Part shown: one piece after another, positions 35,937-43,472 of the stretch | Position numbering within the stretch: position 1 is the stretch's first letter | Layout of the letters: each line of letters starts with the position of its first letter | Source: a virus | Lineage: Duplodnaviria; Caudoviricetes | IMG/VR virus record: IMGVR_UViG_3300005326_000070 | Span: 1-46,419 of that record | Reading direction: 5' to 3' (one strand) | DNA: 46,419 nt | Notes under the pieces: generated by a model | Told to the model about the DNA's origin: nothing | Seen by the model: only the letters and a program-made list of their open reading frames with translations | The model's database searches: none | Made by a program: the position numbers and the translations under genes

Positions 35937-36386
35937 TTAACTGAACCATTCCGATCTAAATGTTTGCTCTGCTTTATCTAAACTCATTGTCTGAGGTCTG
36001 TTATGCTCTGAAAGTATATCCCGACACCTGCAGACATATTCCTCACTCCCGATTCTCTCATACGCTGGCAATAATACATTAGCCACAAAATAAGCATTTG
36101 ATTCATTTTCCCTTACAAGCCTTGACGCTTTGGCAATATACGACCTAATCTTAAAAACTTCCTTTGTGTTCGCCACTTCTTTCTGCTTGTCTGGCTTGAG
36201 TTCCAAGTATTCGTCCGTTCCGGCTGGTCTTTCCGGCTCGGCATGGGGCAGGAAGCAATCTAAGTTTCCATGGTCTGCAAATGCCGACGCTACTAACTCT
36301 TCTCGCTTGCTGTCGTCTTTCTCTGACTCGATTATCTTACGCATCTTAGTCATCTCTTCTGGGATTTGGTAATATTCTCTTCTCAC
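35937..36386 (-). CDS. Hypothetical protein downstream of the initiator
   Basis: GTGA overlap; open ORF. Confidence 0.6.
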   Translation of the reverse strand: MRREYYQIPEEMTKMRKIIESEKDDSKREELVASAFADHGNLDCFLPHAEPERPAGTDEYLELKPDKQKEVANTKEVFKIRSYIAKASRLVRENESNAYFVANVLLPAYERIGSEEYVCRCRDILSEHNRPQTMSLDKAEQTFRSEWFS

Positions 36387-37075
36387 TTTACACCTATTTT
36401 CTGCTTAAACTCCGCTAGCTTTTTATCCTCATCACTCACACCAGGCATTTCCACCCAATCTTGCCAATTATTGAAAAAAGTAGAGCCGTGTTGCACATAA
36501 CCGCTTAAAACTTGCCTGGATTGCTTGTAATGCATTATCGCCTTCTTTAGGTCGTCCAGGTCGGCTTGGGTCCTGATCGTGGCGGAAAAGTGCCTTGCCG
36601 CCGCTTTTTTGCCTATTTTAAGCGGGTATAGTTCCCAGATTTCGTCAAAGTTGAAAACTGGCGCAACCTTTTCTGGTTTTTCGTTTGCCTTTAAAGTGGT
36701 TGAATTTTCTTCAAAATGCACATTATTCTTATCTATTCTATTCTTCTCTATTCTACTCTTCTCTAGGCTACAGACTTTTGATTCTTCCGTAACTGAAGAA
36801 ATAAAGTTCTGTAACATTTGTAATGTCAATGACATTGGGCGATTATCAATGTTAAAGTATTTTTTCCAGAATGCATCATCATTTGGCAGTGGTCGCTTCG
36901 CTTTGAGTTCCAATAAAATGATGCCTACAAGCCGCCATTTGTCAACCTCGTTTTCGATCAAATCCCAATCTGGATCACCTGCGATTGCCGTAAAGCATAT
37001 TTTCCCCCAAACCAAATGTCTATCTTTGTATCCTGGATGATACTTTTCTAGGTTTCTGACCGTTACATATTCCAT
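36383..37075 (-). CDS. Replication initiator / replisome organiser
   Basis: FDEIWELYPLKIGKKAA...YVQHGSTFFNNW C-terminal domain and EKSRIEKNRIDK linker typical of phage initiators. Confidence 0.78.
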   Translation of the reverse strand: MEYVTVRNLEKYHPGYKDRHLVWGKICFTAIAGDPDWDLIENEVDKWRLVGIILLELKAKRPLPNDDAFWKKYFNIDNRPMSLTLQMLQNFISSVTEESKVCSLEKSRIEKNRIDKNNVHFEENSTTLKANEKPEKVAPVFNFDEIWELYPLKIGKKAAARHFSATIRTQADLDDLKKAIMHYKQSRQVLSGYVQHGSTFFNNWQDWVEMPGVSDEDKKLAEFKQKIGVK

Positions 37076-37087
37076 TGATTTATCTCC

Positions 37088-37447
37088 CTAAGTATTATCT
37101 CCCAAGCTCTTTAGCTCTGCTCTAACATTCCGCCCAATCTCCATTACGCTTTGAAGGCTGTCCTGGGCTTTGTTTTTCTTGGTCTTCCACGCCCTATAGG
37201 CAATCTCAGCTTCTAATGTTTTAGCTTTAATCCCGCCGAGTTCCTTACTATCATCAAGTATATATTCAATGTCCTTAATTGCCTTACCGCCCTCTGCTTT
37301 AAGCCTTAAATAAGCCCTTGCCCTCTCTTGTCGGTATGCGTGATCGCCTTTAATCATCTCGGCATAAGAAGCGTTCTCTTTTTCGGCATACTCTGCAATC
37401 TTAGCTGGGGCAACTTCAAGGATTTGGTTGATTTTTAGTATATCCAC
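37088..37447 (-). CDS. Helical protein, possibly UvsY-like recombination mediator
   Basis: All-helical; ARAYLRLK...IEY pattern; weak resemblance only. Confidence 0.4.
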   Translation of the reverse strand: MDILKINQILEVAPAKIAEYAEKENASYAEMIKGDHAYRQERARAYLRLKAEGGKAIKDIEYILDDSKELGGIKAKTLEAEIAYRAWKTKKNKAQDSLQSVMEIGRNVRAELKSLGDNT

Positions 37448-37626
37448 GGCTTATCCTCTCTTAACTTTCTTCCGCACTCAGGGCAATACATATCCAGCTT
37501 GCTAATTTCGCATTTACATTGCTCGCATAAGAGCTTTTTATTGACAAGCTCAGTTCCACAATCAAAGCAATATTTGTAACTTTCTTTGGTGTTCTCAACG
37601 ATGCATTTTTCGTTTGGGCATCTCAT
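37435..37626 (-). CDS. Double zinc-ribbon protein
   Basis: CPNEKC, YCFDCG, CEQC, YCPECG. Confidence 0.75.
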   Translation of the reverse strand: MRCPNEKCIVENTKESYKYCFDCGTELVNKKLLCEQCKCEISKLDMYCPECGRKLREDKPWIY

Positions 37627-37859
37627 TCTTTCCCCCTTGTTTTCTCGTCCTCGTCTCGCATATCTTCCCGAAATTCTTCCCAATCTTCCGCGCAAACATC
37701 ATTGCAGAAAAAGCCTTCCTGGGTTTCAATCATCAGGTCTTTTTCTTCCCACTCTCCACAGACACGGCATTGCTTTTTATTATTGTCTTTCGGCCCTCTG
37801 GTGTAATAGTCATTTGACCACTTGCCAATGTCCTGATCGTTTTTTATTTGGTTATCCAT
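37623..37859 (-). CDS. Acidic zinc-finger protein
   Basis: CRVC...FFCNDVC; GGAGG RBS. Confidence 0.65.
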   Translation of the reverse strand: MDNQIKNDQDIGKWSNDYYTRGPKDNNKKQCRVCGEWEEKDLMIETQEGFFCNDVCAEDWEEFREDMRDEDEKTRGKE

Positions 37860-37869
37860 ATTACCTCCG

Positions 37870-37951
37870 AAAAAGAAATCCCCGAACAAGAGGTGCAATG
37901 AGAACAAATCGGAAGGGGTCTCGAAGTGTTTTCGCTCTTGCTCAGGGATTT
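37870..37951 (-). terminator. 17-bp stem with large loop and U-tract in a 5' leader (attenuator/structured RNA)
   Basis: AAATCCCTGAGCAAGAG pairs with CTCTTGTTCGGGGATTT (two G-U pairs on the minus strand), followed by CTTTTT. Confidence 0.6.
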
Positions 37952-37990
37952 AGTTTTTAGTTTTGGATTATTTGCCCTCATTGCCCCTCC

Positions 37991-38019
37991 ATTGTATTAT
38001 ACTTTAGTATAATTGTCAA
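37991..38019 (-). promoter_or_regulatory. Sigma70 promoter with palindromic operator in the spacer
   Basis: TTGACA-17-TACAAT; inverted repeat ATTATACT-TT-AGTATAAT at 37996-38013. Confidence 0.75.
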
Positions 38020-38020
38020 G

Positions 38021-38128
38021 TTATTTTTTTTCTGATTCTGGTTTGCTTTTCTTGCCGCATTTCCGGCAGACTATTGTTCCGTCGGTAAGGCAATAAGTAA
38101 AATTAGATTTACAAATAGGACAACTCAT
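38021..38128 (-). CDS. 35-aa zinc-ribbon microprotein
   Basis: Read manually (MSCPICKSNFTYCLTDGTIVCRKCGKK...); GGAGG RBS and ATGA overlap. Confidence 0.65.
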   Translation of the reverse strand: MSCPICKSNFTYCLTDGTIVCRKCGKKSKPESEKK

Positions 38129-38328
38129 ATTTTCACCTCCTCAAATAATTTATGAACATCGTTATTGTTCTTTAACTCTGTGCAAAACGTAGCAACTTTC
38201 TGTGTAATCGTAACACCGCCTTTAATAAAATCATCACCGCCCTGCATCTGCTTTTTGATCGCTTTTTCTAAAATCTGGCAATATAAAATTACCAATTCTA
38301 AATCAACATTTTCTTTTTCAACCATCAT
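38125..38328 (-). CDS. Hypothetical protein
   Basis: GGAGG RBS; open ORF. Confidence 0.6.
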   Translation of the reverse strand: MMVEKENVDLELVILYCQILEKAIKKQMQGGDDFIKGGVTITQKVATFCTELKNNNDVHKLFEEVKI

Positions 38329-38340
38329 TTTAACGCCTCC

Positions 38341-38961
38341 TCATATGTTTTTATCCTTTAAAACTTGTTTATACTTTTCCAAATATTCCCCGAACCCTGA
38401 CTTTGCTAACACACCAAAAACAGGCAACATCTCTTTCCGGAATCGTTTTTTAATGCTTCCCCAACAAATGCGATGGACTGCAATTTCTCCGATATAAGAC
38501 CATTGCGCAGGGGTAAACGCCTTTACTTTTTCTCGTCTAACAAGCTCAATGAAAATGTCATGGCTTTCTGAGTAACTTTTTGCGCCATCAAGATATGCGC
38601 CACCAAGATATGCGCCACCAAGATTTGCGCCACCAAGATATGCGCCATCAAGATATGCGCCACCAAGATATGCGCCACCAAGATTTGCGCCATCAAGATT
38701 TGCGCCACCAAGATATGCGCCACCAAGATATGCGCCACCAAGATATGCGCCACCAAGATTTGCGCCATCAAGATATGCGCCACCAAGATTTGCGCCACCA
38801 AGATTTGCGCCATCAAGATTTGCGCCAACAAGATTTGCGCCACGAAGATTTGCGCCACCAAGATTTGCGCCACGATTACGCTCTAAACAATCCTTTACGC
38901 TCTCATATTCTCCACACAAAATTATCTTATCATCCCACCTATTTTTAATTTCTATTTTCAT
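38341..38961 (-). CDS. Pentapeptide repeat protein
   Basis: MKIEIKNRW N-terminus then 19 xGA(N/Y)L repeats. Confidence 0.93.
   Translation of the reverse strand: MKIEIKNRWDDKIILCGEYESVKDCLERNRGANLGGANLRGANLVGANLDGANLGGANLGGAYLDGANLGGAYLGGAYLGGAYLGGANLDGANLGGAYLGGAYLDGAYLGGANLGGAYLGGAYLDGAKSYSESHDIFIELVRREKVKAFTPAQWSYIGEIAVHRICWGSIKKRFRKEMLPVFGVLAKSGFGEYLEKYKQVLKDKNI
38581..38875. repeat. 15-bp tandem repeat, ~19-20 units (TGCGCCAYCAAGATW)
   Basis: Directly visible; encodes the pentapeptide repeats. Confidence 0.95.
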
Positions 38962-39623
38962 TTTAACCATTCCTCCCCTCTGCATTTCGTCCTCCAATTA
39001 CAATAAGAATAACACTCTTTCGGCTTGCCTGTTTTTTTGTCGTTGCCGTAGGCCCTCGGACACATATTCGGTAATTTATCCTCTGCCCAAATCTCGACAA
39101 GTTTTTTTAATTCTGCTTTAACCTCTGGCTCAAATCTTGCCAAGGGAAGCGGAAGCTCCTTTATGCAAAGATCGTCCTTACTGATAAAGACAAGCTCTGC
39201 TTTAGGCTTCTTTAGGAAATAAGCATATGAACATACCTGGAGAATATTGCCTTTCTTTTCCTCATAAATGTCTTGAGCCTTTTCCATATACCAAAAACTT
39301 TTAGAATGCTGGCTCTTAATATCATAAACACAATCGTCCGTTACGATATCCGCAAAGCCGTAAAAATGTTCTGTCTTTATCTCAACCTCTACCTGATGCG
39401 GAGGAAGAAAGCCCTGTGCGAAGTCGTGGAATAGTTTTCCGGCTCTAAAAACTCGCAAGCTCCTTGCGTCCGGGGCATTGCTTTGCGGCTCATTCTTACG
39501 ATTCCAGTATTGTGCTCTCCAGCACCGTCCGAACATTGACGGGCTGTATTTCCCTGATCGCTCCCTTGTCGCTCTTGCCGCCTGTTCTTTGGCAAGGGCT
39601 TCATCAATTAGTCTTTCTATCAT
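38958..39623 (-). CDS. Cas4-like PD-(D/E)xK exonuclease
   Basis: SPS..GRC.R, G...H, GFADIV...DIKS, Q..SY, and C-terminal C..YC.W...C. Confidence 0.85.
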   Translation of the reverse strand: MIERLIDEALAKEQAARATRERSGKYSPSMFGRCWRAQYWNRKNEPQSNAPDARSLRVFRAGKLFHDFAQGFLPPHQVEVEIKTEHFYGFADIVTDDCVYDIKSQHSKSFWYMEKAQDIYEEKKGNILQVCSYAYFLKKPKAELVFISKDDLCIKELPLPLARFEPEVKAELKKLVEIWAEDKLPNMCPRAYGNDKKTGKPKECYSYCNWRTKCRGEEWLK

Positions 39624-39821
39624 TTAGCATCCTCCTATTGAGTAACGGCAATAATGCTTCTTGCCCCTCTTAACTAATTCTGCTTTAATTTCGTATCCTA
39701 ACCGCCTTAAATCCAAAATTCTGGCACTTAATCGCATACAGCTAAACTTTCTTAACGCCTGTAACGGTGTTATGCTTTCTCCCTTGAGCATATGGACTAA
39801 TATTTCCCCTGCTTGGCACAT
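39624..39821 (-). CDS. Winged helix-turn-helix protein
   Basis: GESITPLQAL..F.CMRLSARILDLRRLGYEI; GGAGG RBS. Confidence 0.85.
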   Translation of the reverse strand: MCQAGEILVHMLKGESITPLQALRKFSCMRLSARILDLRRLGYEIKAELVKRGKKHYCRYSIGGC

Positions 39822-39822
39822 A

Positions 39823-39945
39823 TTACCTCCCGCACAAAATGGTTTCCTGATTAGTTTCGACAAGCTCTCTATGGCATACATGGCAAACATCTTCCTCATC
39901 TTCCCTGAGTTTCGCTCCGCAAAACCTACAATGCAATTTATCCAT
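39823..39945 (-). CDS. 40-aa zinc-finger microprotein
   Basis: Read manually (CRFCG...VCHVC); AAGGGGG RBS. Confidence 0.6.
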   Translation of the reverse strand: MDKLHCRFCGAKLREDEEDVCHVCHRELVETNQETILCGR

Positions 39946-39955
39946 AAATTCCCCC

Positions 39956-40336
39956 TTATTCCTTGTAGAATTTTAATCTTCCAATCTGCTTTACAAACTT
40001 AACCTTACTTGCCCAATACGGTGTTGCGCTTGTGTCGTGGTATAAGTCTACAATATCCCCCCTTTCTGATAATTTCCAAGCTTGCTCTGCTCTGTCCAAT
40101 TCTGCCTTTGTTCTTGGTTTCTGCCTTATGCCCTTATCCCAGCAAGAAAACTGCTTAGGCTGTAAACACACCTCAGACGGCGTTAAATGCCTTTGTTCTG
40201 ATCTGACACGTATTACCCTTGCCACAAGTATTTGTGCTTCAAAAGGCTCTCCAGACGCTTCCCTGGCTATAGTTTCCGTAACCACGTCCGCATATACAAG
40301 GCCGGAGAAAAGTAAGAATATAATTAGAGTCTTCAT
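39956..40336 (-). CDS. Cell-wall hydrolase (SleB/Hydrolase_2 lytic transglycosylase) with signal peptide
   Basis: TIAREASGEP, VA.VI..R, VCLQPKQFSCW, YH...PYWA...IGRLKFY; N-terminus MKTLIIFLLFSGLVYA|D. Confidence 0.88.
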   Translation of the reverse strand: MKTLIIFLLFSGLVYADVVTETIAREASGEPFEAQILVARVIRVRSEQRHLTPSEVCLQPKQFSCWDKGIRQKPRTKAELDRAEQAWKLSERGDIVDLYHDTSATPYWASKVKFVKQIGRLKFYKE

Positions 40337-40359
40337 TGTTATCCCCAGTTATTGGTTAG

Positions 40360-40551
40360 TTAATCTATCACTCTTAATCCAAATTCTTTTTCATCAATAA
40401 CATTTAGGTTTATATATCCATAATCCTTGTCAATACTTTTAAAAGGTTTAGATTTTAAAAACTTTCCATTCATTGATAGTTTATAATATGATCCATTCTT
40501 ATCAATATAGCGTATATCGTAACCACTCCTAACTTTTTTGTAATATTCCAT
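40360..40551 (-). CDS. First early gene, hypothetical
   Basis: AAGGAGG RBS, downstream of a consensus promoter. Confidence 0.6.
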   Translation of the reverse strand: MEYYKKVRSGYDIRYIDKNGSYYKLSMNGKFLKSKPFKSIDKDYGYINLNVIDEKEFGLRVID

Positions 40552-40598
40552 CTTCCCCTCCTTATTTGTGGAGAGACCATTCCCTCCATCCACTACCA

Positions 40599-40626
40599 AG
40601 TATACCACGCACTCACAATTTGTCAA
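40599..40626 (-). promoter_or_regulatory. Sigma70 promoter driving the leftward (early) operon
   Basis: TTGACA-16-TATACT with extended -10 TG. Confidence 0.7.
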
Positions 40627-40667
40627 TAGTTAATTAAAAAATATTTTAAAATAAAAAAAGAAAAATA

Positions 40668-40697
40668 TTGACAAATATCTAAAAGTGTGCATATAGT
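40668..40697 (+). promoter_or_regulatory. Rightward promoter for the small terminase gene
   Basis: TTGACA-18-TATAGT, AT-rich upstream element; shares a 19-bp motif with the portal promoter. Confidence 0.72.
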
Positions 40698-40702
40698 TAA
40701 GC

Positions 40703-41302
40703 ATGGAAATCTCAGACGATAAAACACAAGAGGGAACACAAGAAAGCCCAAAAAATGAAGTAACACAAAGCGAAGTAATCGTAACACCTCAACAAAGGCA
40801 AAAAAAAATAAAGCACAAAAGGGTAGCAAATAAAATATTAAAAGGAAAGAATCCCGTTGCCGCATATCAGTCCGTTTACCCCCAAGCAAGAGAGTCCACA
40901 GCAATCAGCGAAGTATCAAGGCTATTATCAAGTGAAGAGATCAAAAAATATATGAGCGATCAGCTGGACAAACAGGGGTTGGGAATTATAGCGTTAAATA
41001 AAAAACTCAGGCCACTCACGGAAAGCCCAATGAAAGCGATCTCAGGTAAATATGGTATAGAGTATGTGCCGGATAACGCAATCAAGCTGGCCGCAATCCA
41101 AGAGGGATATAGACTACACAAGCTAACAGACGCAGTTAAGCAGGACAATCGCAAGGTAATAGTTAATATCATAGACAGCCCGGAAAAAATCAAGAGCCTT
41201 GAGGGGATAACCGACAAATTAGACAACTTATACAGCCAACTAACTAACTCAGCAATAACAGGGGAAATCATTGAGACTAGCGCAAGCGCTACAACAGACT
41301 AA
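40703..41302 (+). CDS. terS: Terminase small subunit
   Basis: HTH GKNPVAAYQSVYP...A...SRLL....IK; located upstream of the large terminase. Confidence 0.75.
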   Translation: MEISDDKTQEGTQESPKNEVTQSEVIVTPQQRQKKIKHKRVANKILKGKNPVAAYQSVYPQARESTAISEVSRLLSSEEIKKYMSDQLDKQGLGIIALNKKLRPLTESPMKAISGKYGIEYVPDNAIKLAAIQEGYRLHKLTDAVKQDNRKVIVNIIDSPEKIKSLEGITDKLDNLYSQLTNSAITGEIIETSASATTD

Positions 41303-41444
41303 GCTTTTGCGGGGAAAGAAGAGCAAAAGCATAGAGGCAAGCCAATCATTAACTAGCCAAGCCTCTAAGACAAAGCATTTAAATAAAGAGTGCTTTAGCA
41401 CGACAAGGTTAACCGAGTCAATCTCTTCCCCAACCATCACCAAT

Positions 41445-41494
41445 CCTAGACAGACCTAGACAGACTAGGACAGTATAGGACAGACCAGGACAAG
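41445..41494. repeat. Five degenerate 10-bp direct repeats (GACAG core) between terS and terL
   Basis: cctagacaga cctagacaga ctaggacagt ataggacaga ccaggacaag. Confidence 0.8.
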
Positions 41495-41807
41495 GGATAG
41501 CAATATAGATATAGATGGACAATGTAAGTCAATGGAATTGTTAATGTTAAGGCTCGCCGTCCCAGGCTTTTTCGGGGGTGGGGGTGGGGCCAAGGATAGG
41601 ATAACCCGAGTCCAACTACGCCACAAAATTTTGACCAATTTAGATATATGTGTGTGATAAATGTCTGTAAATGGATAAAAAGATGGATAAGAATTAGACA
41701 TATCCACCTAGTTCGAAAGAAGATACGAGAATTGGACTATAAGCTCTCCGTCGGAAGAGGGATTAGGAAATGATTGATTGTCTTGGAGCGGTGGAAGGAA
41801 ATGACTT

Positions 41808-43379
41808 TTGACCCAGAATAACCTGCAGGAAAAGATATTCAAGTCGTTTGAGCAGAACCCTTTAGCCTGGGGTTTTTTCTATTTCAAGCATCATTTCAGA
41901 GGTCCTAGCCCTGCATTTCACCTAAAGCTGGTGCTGGAGTATTTAAAGAACGACCTCTTGGCTATTGCCGCACCCCGAGAGAGTGCCAAAAGCACGATCA
42001 TAAACTTCATCATACCGACCCATGCGATCTGTTTCAAGCACCGGAGGTTTGCGATCATCGTCCAGTCCACCTATAATAAGGCGTGTTCAAGCCTTGAGAC
42101 CATCAAGAAAGAGTTCAAGGAGAACCAAGACCTGATAAAGGACTACGGGATAGTCATTAGGAAAGATTCTGAGGGGGACGCTATATTTAGACACCCGGAC
42201 GGGTTTGAGACCCAGATAATCTGTGCCGGACGTGAGCAGATACCTGCACTGAGAGGTAGAAAGAGCGGAGCGTGGAGACCTGACCTGATCATCTTAGATG
42301 ACGTAGAGGACGACGAGATGGTCAAGAACCCCGACCGAAGGGTTGAGATGCAGAGATACTTTGACGACGTTCTCATGTTGTTGGGAGAGCGTAACAGGGT
42401 CAAGATCGTAGTCGTAGGCACGATTCTGCACGACGATTCCCAGATGGCAAAGCTCGTCAGCAAGACCGAATATCTGCAGTTCAGGAAGCTATTGTATCGT
42501 GGGCTGAACATAGTAGACGGCAAGAAAGTATCACTGTGGGATTATAAGTGGACAGTTGAGCAGTTGGACGAGATGGCTAAGAACGACCCTATTAAGTTCG
42601 CCAAGGAGATACAGAACGACCCATCGACAGGGCTTCTCCAGGACATCCAGAGGGAAGACTTTAGACGCTGGTATATCGAAGAGAGCCAATGCGTTCTTTT
42701 AGGGGAGAGCGGTCAGATTACCGCTAGATACGATATTCACGCCTGCAAAGCGGCAATAGCGTGTGATTTAGCCTGGGAAGAGAAGCGAGAGGACGACTAT
42801 AGCGTTATCATGCCTGGGTTCTTAACTCCCCAGTCTGATATTCTGATAGACGACTACATCTTTGAGAAGGGTATGAAGCCGGACAGATTGTGCGAGATAC
42901 TCTTTACCATGGAGAAACGGCTCAAGGGGTTGACTAGAACTCCAGTGCCGATCGGGTTCGAGAAAGCCAAGCTAGAGAAAGTCATGAAGCATCTGTTGAA
43001 ACTTGAGATGCGACGCAGGAACTACTTCCTGTGGTTTAAGGACTTACAATGGGATACCGACAAGATTTCTAGGATTATCACCCGACTCCAGCCGAGATAC
43101 AAACAACATATGATCTTTCACAAGGCTAACATGGGTGATTTAGAAAGCCAGCTTGTCAGGGTAAGGTCTGCAAAGCACGACGACCTTGCAGATGCCGCAC
43201 AGGGATTGTGCCAGATACTCGAAGCACCCAAAGCAAAAGCAAGCGAGGATGTAGAGGACGACGCATTTAACTGGTGGCGTAAGCAAGCTATCGCAATCAA
43301 GAAACCAGACAAAAAACCGTTCGTGTTTGGCAATAAGAAACAGATTTATGGAATACCGCATAAGATTTCATACAGATAA
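41808..43379 (+). CDS. terL: Terminase large subunit
   Basis: Walker A APRESAKST, Walker B LIILDDVE, GTILH, nuclease ACDLA and HDDLAD. Confidence 0.95.
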   Translation: MTQNNLQEKIFKSFEQNPLAWGFFYFKHHFRGPSPAFHLKLVLEYLKNDLLAIAAPRESAKSTIINFIIPTHAICFKHRRFAIIVQSTYNKACSSLETIKKEFKENQDLIKDYGIVIRKDSEGDAIFRHPDGFETQIICAGREQIPALRGRKSGAWRPDLIILDDVEDDEMVKNPDRRVEMQRYFDDVLMLLGERNRVKIVVVGTILHDDSQMAKLVSKTEYLQFRKLLYRGLNIVDGKKVSLWDYKWTVEQLDEMAKNDPIKFAKEIQNDPSTGLLQDIQREDFRRWYIEESQCVLLGESGQITARYDIHACKAAIACDLAWEEKREDDYSVIMPGFLTPQSDILIDDYIFEKGMKPDRLCEILFTMEKRLKGLTRTPVPIGFEKAKLEKVMKHLLKLEMRRRNYFLWFKDLQWDTDKISRIITRLQPRYKQHMIFHKANMGDLESQLVRVRSAKHDDLADAAQGLCQILEAPKAKASEDVEDDAFNWWRKQAIAIKKPDKKPFVFGNKKQIYGIPHKISYR

Positions 43380-43396
43380 TTATTTTAAAATAGTTG

Positions 43397-43428
43397 TTGA
43401 CATTTATGGAAAAGTGTGCATACAGTTA
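43397..43428 (+). promoter_or_regulatory. Promoter for the portal/head operon
   Basis: TTGACA-18-TACAGT with AAAAGTGTGCATACAGTTA motif shared with 40681-40699. Confidence 0.72.
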
Positions 43429-43472
43429 GACACTGTTTAGAAAATTAAACACTTTCGACGGAGGATATCAAA

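Noticed and set aside
38523-38948. Overlapping ORFs (AQILV)n and (MRHQD)n
   Set aside because: Shadow frames of the 15-bp pentapeptide repeat.
38958-39623. Cas4-like gene as part of a CRISPR-Cas system
   Set aside because: No cas1/cas2 or array; solo Cas4-like exonucleases are common phage recombination genes.
41648-41811. Short basic ORFs just upstream of terL (41-aa MCVINVCKW... and a 13-aa follower)
   Set aside because: No convincing RBS or motif for the first; they cannot be supported from sequence alone.
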